NCBI GenBank assembly: GCA_964556455.1
Contig: CAZKWI010000002.1
Location: 1-51,446 of the forward strand
Direction: 5' to 3'
Source: an uncultured Planctomycetia bacterium
Lineage (GTDB): Bacteria; Omnitrophota; Gorgyraeia; JABMRJ01
DNA: 51,446 bases
The stretch's first letter is position 1. Each line of letters opens with the position of its first letter. Shown here piece by piece: positions 18,389 through 28,168 of the stretch. The notes under the pieces are model-generated. The model was not told the origin of the DNA. It was given only the letters and a program-made list of their open reading frames with translations, and ran no database searches. The position numbers were made by a program, and so were the translations under genes.

Positions 18389-19584
18389 ACTTGCTCTCCC
18401 GATAGTTCCTTGTAAGCGTCTATCAATTTATCCTGATAGCCCTTCCACGTCTGATTCTCTATACTGATTCTTGCCTTTCGGCCCATCTGGCTTCTTTTAT
18501 TTCTATCTTCATAAAGGTGTAATATGGCGTCGGTTATAGCTTGGGCGTTACGAATGGGGACGATGAACCCTTCTTCTCCGTTATTAATTAGGTCTTTAGC
18601 CCCTACATTTTGGGATACGACAACCGGCAATCCCGACGCCATGGCCTCGGTTACCACCATGCCAAATCCCTCTTCTATACTGGGAAATACCGCAATCGAA
18701 GCCTGGTTATAAAACTCCGCTATCTCGCTCATCCTGCTCAGGGGTTCCTTTATCCTGAAATCTATCTTCCCTTCATATTTTCGCAGGGCATACAGGGCAT
18801 CCGGCTTGCAGCTGCCCGCCAACACCAGTTCGGCTTCTTTCAATCCCAATAATCTCCATGCCTCCAGGAGATACTGGAACCCCTTTCTGAGGCAGATCTG
18901 CCCTATAAAAAGGACGCGAAATTTATCGTCTCTCTTCGGCCTCGGCCTGAAAAGTTCCCCGTCCACTCCATAGGGGACTATCCTCAGCGATTCGGCTGGA
19001 TAGCCGTTATCGATAAAACTTCTGTAAGAATCCGTGGATAAAAGCAATACGCGGTCGGCGATCTCAAGAGCGCGTAACCTTCTATTCATGGCAATCTTGT
19101 TATAAGCGGGGTACGGGACTCTCCATATCTTATACTCTTCTGTTAAAATTTTTCTTATATTCGACGGATGAGTATTTGGATTATCGGCGACGATTTTCGC
19201 GCCCATTTTTTTTGCCTTAATCATAGTTTTCAGGCTTTGCGAGGCAAACCCGTGAAAAATGTCGCATGGCTCGATCATTCCAGCGACCTTGTTATCATAA
19301 AAAGAATTAGAAACATAATAAGTGAGCCCCGATCTATTAAGCAACCTCGCCAGAAGCCCATGTGCTATCTCAAATTCGTTCAGCGCTCCTACCTTTACCG
19401 CCTTCTCCGCGGTCTCCCCGAGGCCTTCATCAAAATCGCAGCTAAAGAGCTGGTTGAGAGACCCCATTCGTACGGAGGCCATGACCGTATTGCTGGTTAT
19501 ATACTCCTGCCCCAATCCGCCGATCTTACCGGCGCAAGAGAAGGTTATCTTCACCCCGTCCTTCCTTTCATCCCGCCCTTCCAT
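18385..19584 (-). CDS. GT4-family glycosyltransferase
   Basis: VFPSIEEGFGMVVTEAMASGLPVVVSQNVG. The ORF track extends to 19662, but that overlaps the 3' end of 19598..20563. M27 (MEGRDERKDGVKITF, 19584) is the more plausible start. Confidence 0.8.
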   Translation of the reverse strand: MEGRDERKDGVKITFSCAGKIGGLGQEYITSNTVMASVRMGSLNQLFSCDFDEGLGETAEKAVKVGALNEFEIAHGLLARLLNRSGLTYYVSNSFYDNKVAGMIEPCDIFHGFASQSLKTMIKAKKMGAKIVADNPNTHPSNIRKILTEEYKIWRVPYPAYNKIAMNRRLRALEIADRVLLLSTDSYRSFIDNGYPAESLRIVPYGVDGELFRPRPKRDDKFRVLFIGQICLRKGFQYLLEAWRLLGLKEAELVLAGSCKPDALYALRKYEGKIDFRIKEPLSRMSEIAEFYNQASIAVFPSIEEGFGMVVTEAMASGLPVVVSQNVGAKDLINNGEEGFIVPIRNAQAITDAILHLYEDRNKRSQMGRKARISIENQTWKGYQDKLIDAYKELSGEQV

Positions 19585-19597
19585 GGAAGGGCGGGGT

Positions 19598-20563
19598 TCA
19601 TGATCTAAATATCTTCTTTGTCGGAAATACCCCGAAACGAAAACAACTATATAAAAACGCAAAGAGATTGATCGTCGCGCCGAGAGAGTAGATTACAATC
19701 GCCTTAATCTTTAGACCCAGCCCCGCTTTATTGATATTATGAATAAGCCTTATGGTTGAAAGGCCCGTCCCGATCAAACAGGCCAGCATCCCCGCATAAT
19801 TTAAAAAGAAGACAGAGATCAAAAATCCGATTACAAATAGCGCACTAAATGCCCTCTCATAGCTCATCTTCAGATGATAAGGCAATTTATCTCTATGTTT
19901 TTTGTAAAGATACGGGATAGCCCCTGACTTTAAGGAATTCCTAAGCATGCTCTTCGCTTTTATTTTATAAACAGGGTGATATATAGCCGCGCTTCTGGCA
20001 AAGACTATTTTCCCGCCGGCGGTTATTATCCTCAGCGCCAGATCATAGTCGCTCCCGAAATTCCACCATCTATTTAATCTTTCATCCAGATAACCGGCCC
20101 TCTCTAAGATATCTTTTCGGTAAAACATATTTGCCGTTTGATAGGTGCCGCCTTCTTCGTTGCTGAGGCCGTGGATGAACGGGGCAACCTCGCCCCGCAT
20201 AACCACCCTTCCCTCAACAGCATATATACCGCTGTCTTCAAAAGGCCTTAGTCCATTCTTAAGCCAATCATAAGATGCCTCTATGTCGCTGTCGGTGGAA
20301 ATAACGATCTCTCCTTTCGCCATCTTGAAGCCTTTGTTGCGGGCCATCGTCTGGCCTTTTTTATCACCCTTAAGGCACTCGATGCGGAAATCGGCCTGTT
20401 TAGAAAACTCCTTGACCATACCTTCGGTTCCGTCTGTGGAGAAATCATCTATAATGATCAGCTCAAATTCTGAGTGCCCGCATGTCTGTTCGGCTATGGA
20501 CTCCAATGTTTTTTTCAGGCACTCTTTACGGTTATATGTAGGTATTACTATGGTTGCTTTCAT
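19598..20563 (-). CDS. GT2-family glycosyltransferase with C-terminal membrane segments
   Basis: 321 aa. ATIVIPTYNRKECL...FELIIIDDFSTDGT...STDSDIE. The C-terminal ~90 aa are hydrophobic (FVIGFLISVFFLNYAGMLACLIG...). Confidence 0.85.
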   Translation of the reverse strand: MKATIVIPTYNRKECLKKTLESIAEQTCGHSEFELIIIDDFSTDGTEGMVKEFSKQADFRIECLKGDKKGQTMARNKGFKMAKGEIVISTDSDIEASYDWLKNGLRPFEDSGIYAVEGRVVMRGEVAPFIHGLSNEEGGTYQTANMFYRKDILERAGYLDERLNRWWNFGSDYDLALRIITAGGKIVFARSAAIYHPVYKIKAKSMLRNSLKSGAIPYLYKKHRDKLPYHLKMSYERAFSALFVIGFLISVFFLNYAGMLACLIGTGLSTIRLIHNINKAGLGLKIKAIVIYSLGATINLFAFLYSCFRFGVFPTKKIFRS

Positions 20564-21762
20564 CTTTTATCACATGCAGCCTTTTTATAATATTCCAACA
20601 GCGCGCCGATGGTCTTTTCGGGCGCAAGCTCTTCTGTCCTTCTCCGGGCCGCCCTTCCTATTTCGTCAAGGTCATCTCTTGACCATGCCTCGACCATTTT
20701 TTTAGCCAGCGCCTGGCTGTCGCCAGGAGGGACCAAAAATCCGCTTACCGCGTCTTCGATCATTTCGTCAAAACTTGTGTTGTAAGTCCCTATAACTGCT
20801 CTTCCCAACCCCATGGCTTCAAGAAGTGCGTTTGGCAGATTGTCCACTAAAGACGGAAGCACGACAAGCCGTGCATTAGCAATAATGGGATAGAGTTTAT
20901 CGTGTGAGGCCTGCTCCAGAAATATCAGCCTGTTCTTAAACGGGCGGTTGGTATTGAGTATATATTCCCGCAGCGAGGGGCCAAATCTCGTAGCGGAATC
21001 TGGGCCCGCGAATACGGCGCATGCGTCAGGATAGGCCGAAAAGAGGTCCGGTAAGGCCCGGGCCAGGATATGAGGGCCTTTATGAAGCTGCAACCGCCCA
21101 AAAAATAAAAGATAGGACTTGTTTTTGAGGTGTTCATCATATAAGGCATGGTCTAGATCCGAGGTCTCGATATAAAAAGGGATCCTTAAGACCTCGATCT
21201 TTTTCAATTTCAATTCTTTCTTCAGCATATCCTTAAGGGCTACACTCGGTGAATATATATTTTTACTCAAGCGATAATACACCGCCTCTATCCATTCTAA
21301 TATCTTTATATCAAGATTACGCGATACGCCGATCTTCTCATTCCAGGCGGGCCTGTAAGAAGCGGAGAAGAGGATGTGGGCGGGGCCCTTTAAAAAGAGC
21401 ATCGCGAACAGGCCGCAAAACCTGTAATTCGGGCTTTCCACCACGTCAAAATTGTCATTTTTATTTAACCCCCTGATAGTCAGCCAGCTTTTTATACTGA
21501 AGAAAAGCCAATATAGCGCTCCGTTCAATACATGAAACGTCAATAACTGAAATATCTTCAGGCATAGAGAGCCTTTAACATCTACGGGATGAACCCGGAT
21601 ACCTTCTTTCCGCAGCTTCCCCGCGCGTCCGGATTTAACTATTACATGGATATCGTGGCCCTGCCCGGCCATCCATCTGGCCTTGCGGTAGGTAGCCTGC
21701 GAAATGCCGCCGCTCTTATACTCCTCTGTCGGAAATTCCGGGGTTATAAGGCATACGCGCAT
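20560..21762 (-). CDS. GT4-family glycosyltransferase
   Basis: 400 aa. MRVCLITPEFPTEEYKSGGI and LPSLVDNLPNALLEAMGLGRAVIGT. Confidence 0.8.
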   Translation of the reverse strand: MRVCLITPEFPTEEYKSGGISQATYRKARWMAGQGHDIHVIVKSGRAGKLRKEGIRVHPVDVKGSLCLKIFQLLTFHVLNGALYWLFFSIKSWLTIRGLNKNDNFDVVESPNYRFCGLFAMLFLKGPAHILFSASYRPAWNEKIGVSRNLDIKILEWIEAVYYRLSKNIYSPSVALKDMLKKELKLKKIEVLRIPFYIETSDLDHALYDEHLKNKSYLLFFGRLQLHKGPHILARALPDLFSAYPDACAVFAGPDSATRFGPSLREYILNTNRPFKNRLIFLEQASHDKLYPIIANARLVVLPSLVDNLPNALLEAMGLGRAVIGTYNTSFDEMIEDAVSGFLVPPGDSQALAKKMVEAWSRDDLDEIGRAARRRTEELAPEKTIGALLEYYKKAACDKR

Positions 21763-21829
21763 AATCTAATTCCTTAATACCGCTAAGGCCCGGTCTATTA
21801 AAAGGCCCTTTTGCGATCTTTTTCCATGC

Positions 21830-22858
21830 TCAAATTCCATCATAAGACTTCTTCAGCCTCGCGGCTGTGTTAGGCCAGCTGAATTCCAGGGCCTTCTGCC
21901 TGACATTGATAGACAGCTGTTTTAACCGCGTCTGTGAATTCAGCAGTTCCAGCAGCTTGTCCGCCATTAGAGGGTCTTTTCGCGGAGGAATGAGCACAGA
22001 ACAGTTATCATCCAGATAATCCCTGGCCCCGCCGACGTCAGTGGTTATAATAGGGAGGCCGCAGGCCATAGCCTCTAATATGCTGTTGTTCGCTGTGCAA
22101 TGTTTCAGCGGCAGAATAAGAACCTGGGCTTCCTGATAGCATTTCAGGAGTTCTTCATCGCTTAAACCGGTCTTTAATATTACATTCTCCATACCTTTAA
22201 AATGGCCGAAATGCGCCTTCCTGGTAAGGACCATGAATTTCACGGACTTATCCTTAGAATTTACAATGCGCGCCGTTTCCGCCAGGGCTTCAAAATCCCT
22301 TAACATATGACCGACGAACAGGCACAACTTCCCTGTCTTTATCTGCGGATCCGAAGGCTTAAAAAAATCTGTATCAACTCCGTGGGGTATAAAAAAGACC
22401 CTGTTCGAGGGCAGGAATCTAGTAAAAAATTCAACCTGATAGGTTGCCACGCAGATAATGGCGTCTAACCGGCGAAGATGCTCTGTATAATGGACATATT
22501 CGCCGAATATCTCCGGCGGCAGATGGTACGTGGCTATGAGCTTGTGCCCCCTGAATCCGCCGAACCTGCCGCAATAACGGAAGGAGTTCTCCCCGTAGAT
22601 AAAGTGAAATATCCTGTCTCTGGTTTTAAGCATTCTCGATATAATATTGCACTCCATCGTAAATTGAGGGGCCCCGTACCAGGTCAGGCCCGAACGGGAA
22701 ACGAATCTCTTTTTTAAGAATGAGGGGATCATCCTTGAAAGACGGAGGGGCTGTCCTGTGTCGAATTTCTGCCCGTCGATGTATCCGGTAAGCCGGGCGT
22801 ACCCGGAGTGCCCGGCATGCTGGGGCATCTGAAAGGTGATAAAATTAATCTGTCTCAT
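21830..22858 (-). CDS. GT4/GT1-type glycosyltransferase
   Basis: 342 aa. FIPHGVDTDFF and ILPLKHCTANNSILEAMACGLPIITTDVGG. Confidence 0.75.
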   Translation of the reverse strand: MRQINFITFQMPQHAGHSGYARLTGYIDGQKFDTGQPLRLSRMIPSFLKKRFVSRSGLTWYGAPQFTMECNIISRMLKTRDRIFHFIYGENSFRYCGRFGGFRGHKLIATYHLPPEIFGEYVHYTEHLRRLDAIICVATYQVEFFTRFLPSNRVFFIPHGVDTDFFKPSDPQIKTGKLCLFVGHMLRDFEALAETARIVNSKDKSVKFMVLTRKAHFGHFKGMENVILKTGLSDEELLKCYQEAQVLILPLKHCTANNSILEAMACGLPIITTDVGGARDYLDDNCSVLIPPRKDPLMADKLLELLNSQTRLKQLSINVRQKALEFSWPNTAARLKKSYDGI

Positions 22859-24024
22859 ATGCCTTTATGGTCTTTCCGCGGGGAAAATTCAAATTTTTTC
22901 TCCCTTTTAAGGGCCGCTTGATACAATCGCTCTATCTTATCTACCATTGTCTCAAGAGAAAACTGACTTCTGACCAGAGCGATGGCATTTTTTTGGATCT
23001 CGCGGTACAGGCCGTCATCCTCTGATAATCGCTCGATTCCCGAGGCTAAAGATACCGGGTCGCTAACCTTACAGATAATGGCATTCTTCTCATTTACAAA
23101 AAATTCTTTACTGGCTCCTGTTACTGTTCCCACTACGGGCACTCCGCAGGCAAAGGCCTCGAGCCAGCAGAGTCCGAAGGGTTCCTTATACACAGACGTA
23201 AAGAGAAACAGGTCATTCCTCAGGTATCTCTGCAGCATATCTTCATGCCGGACCTGCCCTTCGAAAGAAACATGATCAGATATGCCTTCCTTCCTGGTAT
23301 ACGCCTTTAATCCTTCGAGATAGCCTCTGCAATCCTCGTCTGCCTCGCCGGCCAGCTCCAGCTTGATATTCGTAATGCCCCTCTCCCGCACCAGTATCCT
23401 GACCGCCTCCAGCGCGATATGGGTCCCCTTATAATCCGCTATCCTGCCGGCCCAGAGCAGGCGCAGGCTTTTTTTGTCTCTATTTTTCGCTTTAAGGGGA
23501 TACTTATTCAGGGCAAGGCCGTTATAGATCACAGGGCACTCAGACACCGGGAAACCCGCCTCCCGGTGCATGCCCTTCAGACAACTGCTCACAAACCACA
23601 TCCCTGAGATCTTAAGCGGCTTCGTTCTTCTTTTGTAATACCACCAAAGAAGCCAATGGTCCTCGAGGTTCAAGACTACGGGAACCGGCAGAGAGTTTAC
23701 GGCTGCTAATAGGTTCCTGGATAAGTAAGTAGGGTGCCAAATAGATATAAGGTCCGGGCGAAAACTTTTTATTTGGTTAAAAAAGAGGCTCTTATTTTCT
23801 ATCTCTCTCTTCGCATGTCTTAAGAAATTCCTATCTTCGTGCCTGTAATCAAACATCCGATAGACCTCGCCCTCTGTTTTTCTCTTATCAAGGCCGAAAG
23901 TCGTGGTCAATACCCTGATCTCATGGCCTTTTCTCTCCAAAACCTGATTGGCCTCCCTGCATATTATTTCGTATCCTCCCTCAAAAAAAGGGGGATACCT
24001 GTCGGAAATCGCCAGTATTCGCAT
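22855..24024 (-). CDS. GT4-family glycosyltransferase
   Basis: 389 aa. MRILAISDRYPPFFEGGYE and FTSVYKEPFGLCWLEAFACGVPVVGT. Confidence 0.8.
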   Translation of the reverse strand: MRILAISDRYPPFFEGGYEIICREANQVLERKGHEIRVLTTTFGLDKRKTEGEVYRMFDYRHEDRNFLRHAKREIENKSLFFNQIKSFRPDLISIWHPTYLSRNLLAAVNSLPVPVVLNLEDHWLLWWYYKRRTKPLKISGMWFVSSCLKGMHREAGFPVSECPVIYNGLALNKYPLKAKNRDKKSLRLLWAGRIADYKGTHIALEAVRILVRERGITNIKLELAGEADEDCRGYLEGLKAYTRKEGISDHVSFEGQVRHEDMLQRYLRNDLFLFTSVYKEPFGLCWLEAFACGVPVVGTVTGASKEFFVNEKNAIICKVSDPVSLASGIERLSEDDGLYREIQKNAIALVRSQFSLETMVDKIERLYQAALKREKKFEFSPRKDHKGI

Positions 24025-25382
24025 CAGGCCCCTAATCTCAGTAAATAGCCCGGTAATTTACCGCGGTTGTACTTCCATAAAAGATATAATATTCTCTTCT
24101 TCCTCTCGAACCGCGAAAGGCCACGCGGCATGACCCTGCTGCCAAAATCCTCCACGGTGGCGCACGCCTTTTCAAGCGCCTGGACTCTCTGGCTTTCACT
24201 GAACTCCTCGGTCTCAAAGACAGGCCTTATGCTGTCGGCTCCGAAATGCACGCCTTCTTTATAGTCTCTTAAGGCCCTGCCGTTCTTTCGCGCCCATTCG
24301 CTGGCCTCTGTCCCGGGATACGGCACAAAGAGGCCGAACTCCGCGCCGTCAAGCCTTGTCCTTTTTATAAATTCCAGGGATTTCCCTAATTTCCGTAAAT
24401 TGTCGCCGGGAAGCCCTATGATAAAGAAACCTTTAACTTTCATGCCCGTCTTTTTCAGTATGCCGATGCTTCTTTCGATGTCATCCAGAGTAACTCCCTT
24501 TTTCAGCGCCCTGAAGACCTCTTCATCCGCGCTTTCTACCCCTATCGAAACCTCTTCGCAGCCGGCCTCCTTCATCAATCCCGCCAGCTCCTCGTCCAGG
24601 GGGGCAGCCCTTATGCCGTTCGGGCAACTCCACCTTAGATCGATCCTTTCCTTGATGAGCAGTGAAGATATGGCCTTGGCGCGTTTAATATTAAAGGCAA
24701 AATTATCATCGATTATCTCAAATTTCCTTATGCCGTATTTGTCTTTGGCGTATATTAATTCTCCGATCACGTTTTCCGGCGACCTTCCGCGCCATCCCGC
24801 GCCGCTTAAGGGCGGTACGGTGCAGAATGTGCATTTAAAAGGGCACCCCCTGGAGGTTACAAGGGGGTATTTCTCTTTAAGCAGCGCGTCTGTGGGTTCG
24901 GGGCAAAAAAAATCATACGAAGGAAATTTCAGGCCATCCAGGCCGTCCAATGATTCCTGCCTCTGTAATTTAGGGCCGTCTTTCTTTCCGCTCTTTAATT
25001 CTTTTAAGGAGCGGGGCAGTGATATTTCCGCGTCCCCTGAGAATAAAAGATCAAAATGGCCATTTTCGCTCAAGAATTCCCGGTGATACAGGGTAATGTG
25101 AGGCCCGCCCGCCATAAGCAGGGCGTCGCCGCATTCGCCCTTTAAGCGCCTGGAGATGCGGGCGGAGGACAGGGCGGTTGCCGATTTAACCGAAAAACCT
25201 ATCGCTTCCGGGCCATAATCCCGGGCCAATTTCACCAATTTATCATCGGAAATCTGGAAATTATTGGCATCTATGACCTTTGTTTCAAAGGCCTCATCAA
25301 GCAGAGCCGAAGAGAGATAGGCCAGCCCGTTGTTTAAAACCCCCTTCTGCCATCCGGGGGGATCGATCAATAAAACTCTCAT
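24024..25382 (-). CDS. B12-binding-domain radical SAM enzyme
   Basis: MRVLLIDPPGW...MAGGPHITL is the B12-binding-like module. VTSRGCPFKCTFCTV carries the CX3CX2C cluster. Start taken at M17 (25382), which removes the overlap with 25397..26236; the ORF track gives 25430. Confidence 0.8.
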   Translation of the reverse strand: MRVLLIDPPGWQKGVLNNGLAYLSSALLDEAFETKVIDANNFQISDDKLVKLARDYGPEAIGFSVKSATALSSARISRRLKGECGDALLMAGGPHITLYHREFLSENGHFDLLFSGDAEISLPRSLKELKSGKKDGPKLQRQESLDGLDGLKFPSYDFFCPEPTDALLKEKYPLVTSRGCPFKCTFCTVPPLSGAGWRGRSPENVIGELIYAKDKYGIRKFEIIDDNFAFNIKRAKAISSLLIKERIDLRWSCPNGIRAAPLDEELAGLMKEAGCEEVSIGVESADEEVFRALKKGVTLDDIERSIGILKKTGMKVKGFFIIGLPGDNLRKLGKSLEFIKRTRLDGAEFGLFVPYPGTEASEWARKNGRALRDYKEGVHFGADSIRPVFETEEFSESQRVQALEKACATVEDFGSRVMPRGLSRFERKKRILYLLWKYNRGKLPGYLLRLGA

Positions 25383-25396
25383 AAATATGCCGTTCC

Positions 25397-26236
25397 TTAT
25401 TTTCTGATTACGCCTATACCACCGCCCCATGATGCCGGAAAAAGTATATGATATTTTCTATCTACCGATTTAGCAAACTCAAAAAAAGCGCTGTTCCATC
25501 TTATATCATGGGCAACAAGCAGGCCCCCTTCCTTAAGGAACGGCCAGGCTATCTTAAACTCATTAAGCATATTCTCGTAACTATGCTCGCTGTCATGTAA
25601 AAATATATCGATAGAGCCAAGGCGTTTTAGCAAAGGCCTTAGAACCTCCCTGGTCAGGCCTATTTTCAACGCCCATCTCTTCCTGAGGCCCTCGGGCACT
25701 GCCCAGCCGCAACTCTTCCCATCGGGCAAATGGGCCGGAGGGACGGAAAGATTCTGTTTTTTATAATCCTGGCATTTAGTTATCAGCTCATCCTCATAAT
25801 TAGGCTTATCTACTGAATGCAAAGTTCCCATGGCATTATTATTTAAGGCGCATAAGATATAGGCTGATGAGATGCCGCTGGCCACCCCGGTCTCGACAAT
25901 TACCTCCGGCTTTATAAGCCGGCATAGTACATATATATACTCCGGCTTCTCGATAGCGCTAACCGCGGATTTTCCTAAATACTCAAGGCAGCTCTTTATG
26001 TGTTCATTGAAGGCATTGTTCGATCTGATCTCGGAGATATATCCTTTGACATTTTTTAAGCCTGCGCCGGATATGCCTTTCAAACAAAACTCATCTCTTT
26101 TTTCTTCCCTGTAAGCCTTGAAAGCTAATTTTTTTGATTTCAGGTACGCTCCCGGCCGGTTTTTCATTGCCATGGCCTTCCTGGCAACATTAAGCAGGCC
26201 GATCCGCTTTAAGATGCTCCTCAACAAATCTCTCAT
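25397..26236 (-). CDS. Class-I methyltransferase-fold protein (Methyltransf_24/CmcI-like)
   Basis: 279 aa. VIVETGVASGISSAYIL (motif I variant) ... IDIFLHDSEHSYENMLNEF ... GGLLVAHDI. Confidence 0.65.
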   Translation of the reverse strand: MRDLLRSILKRIGLLNVARKAMAMKNRPGAYLKSKKLAFKAYREEKRDEFCLKGISGAGLKNVKGYISEIRSNNAFNEHIKSCLEYLGKSAVSAIEKPEYIYVLCRLIKPEVIVETGVASGISSAYILCALNNNAMGTLHSVDKPNYEDELITKCQDYKKQNLSVPPAHLPDGKSCGWAVPEGLRKRWALKIGLTREVLRPLLKRLGSIDIFLHDSEHSYENMLNEFKIAWPFLKEGGLLVAHDIRWNSAFFEFAKSVDRKYHILFPASWGGGIGVIRK

Positions 26237-26278
26237 TTATACCGCCTATGAAAGTTAACTTAAGGGCGCAGATACAAG

Positions 26279-28108
26279 TTAGGTGCTTGATTTTTTTATA
26301 ATTTTTTTAACCCGCCTTAATAACCTGTCGAGAAACCGGCGCGGCGCCGATAGAAAAGCCTTTGGGCGCTTCGGCGGCAAGAGAGGCTTCATATCCTTAA
26401 GAGGCGTGATCTGGTGAAGTATCAGGGGATCGGTCTTTGCAAGCCACGGATATAAGTCTGTGAAATGCTCTGTCAGGTGATCGACATATGCCTTGGCCTT
26501 ACCGAAAGGCGGCCTTGCCTCAACCTTCTCTGTGCAAAAATATATCGGGTCCCGGACTATCATCCCCTCGCGGGTCTTTAGCTCATCATAACCAACTTCT
26601 TCCGCGTACTGCCTGGACAATCCGATGCATATGAGCCTTAAGGAGCATTTTTTACAGGGCGGGCCCTGTAAATTTCTCTTTCGGCTTTCTATTAAGCTAT
26701 AATAAAGATGATCGAACTCCCCTCTCAATTTATGGCCGGGCTTGTTATCCCACCCGCCCTGATAACATGACTGGTGAAAATTCAACATATATTCTTCGAA
26801 GCCTTCGTAAGGGCAAATCGGTGAGAAAGAGATATGCGGAGCCAAACCCGCTGAAATAAGAATTGAAGCCGCTTTTTTTATGTACGGCGCGGCGTCTATG
26901 TGGCGAACGTAGAAATTCGGCAACTTATGCGATTTCCATGAATCCTCGGGAATATATAACAGGAGATAAACACCCCCTGCCGGTTTTATGTCTAATAATT
27001 CCCGCGCGAAATCCGGCAAATGAGTGTGGTTAACACTTGTAACCACGGTGTTAATTTTTAAAGGTATGCCGGCGCCTATGGCGTTATCTATGCTTTTTCT
27101 TATCGCCTTATACGCTCCGGGCTTATTAGTTACATAATCGTGATCTTTCTGGTTACCGTGAAAAGCGAATGTAAGGTATTCTATCCCTGCGGCTTTCAGG
27201 TCCTTTGCGAATGCTTTGGAAAGATTTTGGCCGTTTGTGTCGATCGTGGTTGCAAGACCGATCCGTGTGCAATATTCTACCAATTGAACGATTCGGGGAT
27301 GGCACGTAGGCTCTCCGCCTAGGATGTCCAAATGAGTATTGCCGTAAAACCTTCTGTTCGAGCTGCATTCCTTCTTGAGATCCCGCAAGGATCGAAAAAC
27401 TTTTTTCGGCGAATACCGGTAAAAACAGAAGAGGCAGCTTAAATTACATGCCTTACCTACATATAAGCGGCCTCGATGCGTCAGCTCTCTTACGCCGAAC
27501 CATTTATCCCTGAAATAAAGTGAATTTTTCTCAACAGCGCCTCTATGTAAATGCTCGTGACGGACGGTTGATTTTCCGCAATAAAGAAGGGTGAACCCGT
27601 TTTTTCTTATCTGCATGGAGAAATCACAATCTTCCCACTGGCTTCCTCCGTATTTGATATCGAAAACGCACTTATTCAGTATGTTTTTGTTATACAGGCT
27701 GCAGGTTCCGGAGAGCAGCTCAGCCGCCCTTATATAATCATACTGCCCCTTGTCCTCTTCGCCTCCGCCCACAACTGTGTTTTTGCCTGAAAGAGTTGTG
27801 AAAACCTTCTCTGCGGCGAAGATCCTGCCGTCGGGATACAGGACCTTCGGCTGGATCTGTCCTATACCGTCATCCCTGCATTCTAATAAGCGATCGAGCC
27901 AGCCGGGGTCTACCGCAACATCGTCATCCATCATCACAAACCAGTCAGACTTAAGTTTAGATAAAGCGATATTCCTGTTCTCGGCCGCGCTTCTTTTTCC
28001 CTCGACCACTATAATGTTATAATCCCGGGTATGGTCTTTGATGCTCTTTATACAGCCGTCAAGAGCGGAAGTCCTTTCATAACATATTATCGCGATATCT
28101 ACCGTCAT
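26279..28108 (-). CDS. Fusion: GT2 glycosyltransferase plus radical SAM enzyme with Cys-rich (SPASM/twitch-like) C-terminal region
   Basis: 609 aa. aa 1-~205 is GT2 (DIAIICYERTSAL...FVMMDDDVAV). C221-x3-C225-x2-C228 lies in GKACNLSCLFCFY, with DILGGEPT and a TIM-barrel-like core to aa ~395. Further Cys include C485-x2-C488-x5-C494 (PPCKKCSLRLIC). Confidence 0.8.
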   Translation of the reverse strand: MTVDIAIICYERTSALDGCIKSIKDHTRDYNIIVVEGKRSAAENRNIALSKLKSDWFVMMDDDVAVDPGWLDRLLECRDDGIGQIQPKVLYPDGRIFAAEKVFTTLSGKNTVVGGGEEDKGQYDYIRAAELLSGTCSLYNKNILNKCVFDIKYGGSQWEDCDFSMQIRKNGFTLLYCGKSTVRHEHLHRGAVEKNSLYFRDKWFGVRELTHRGRLYVGKACNLSCLFCFYRYSPKKVFRSLRDLKKECSSNRRFYGNTHLDILGGEPTCHPRIVQLVEYCTRIGLATTIDTNGQNLSKAFAKDLKAAGIEYLTFAFHGNQKDHDYVTNKPGAYKAIRKSIDNAIGAGIPLKINTVVTSVNHTHLPDFARELLDIKPAGGVYLLLYIPEDSWKSHKLPNFYVRHIDAAPYIKKAASILISAGLAPHISFSPICPYEGFEEYMLNFHQSCYQGGWDNKPGHKLRGEFDHLYYSLIESRKRNLQGPPCKKCSLRLICIGLSRQYAEEVGYDELKTREGMIVRDPIYFCTEKVEARPPFGKAKAYVDHLTEHFTDLYPWLAKTDPLILHQITPLKDMKPLLPPKRPKAFLSAPRRFLDRLLRRVKKIIKKSST

Positions 28109-28168
28109 AGTTTTGGCATCAAAACCCGTTTTAGTGCTATTATTATTGCCGTGTTTACCGGCTGTTCG

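Noticed and set aside
24400-25086. 228-aa plus-strand ORF inside the radical-SAM gene
   Set aside because: It lies fully antisense to a CDS with clear family motifs, its composition is Ser/Pro/Leu-rich, and it has no motifs. The same reasoning applies to the other plus-strand ORFs in the track, for example 19168..19608, 28892..29323, 30890..31345, 31565..32008 and 38969..39406.
26279-28108. The GT2-radical SAM/SPASM-like protein acting as an anaerobic sulfatase-maturating enzyme for the alkaline-phosphatase-superfamily proteins at 42648..46157
   Set aside because: The two AP-superfamily proteins show NPP/phosphodiesterase-type strings (TG.NPGKHGI, SDHGMGP) and no C/S-x-P-x-R formylglycine motif. 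The genes are ~14 kb apart and are separated by the regulatory block.
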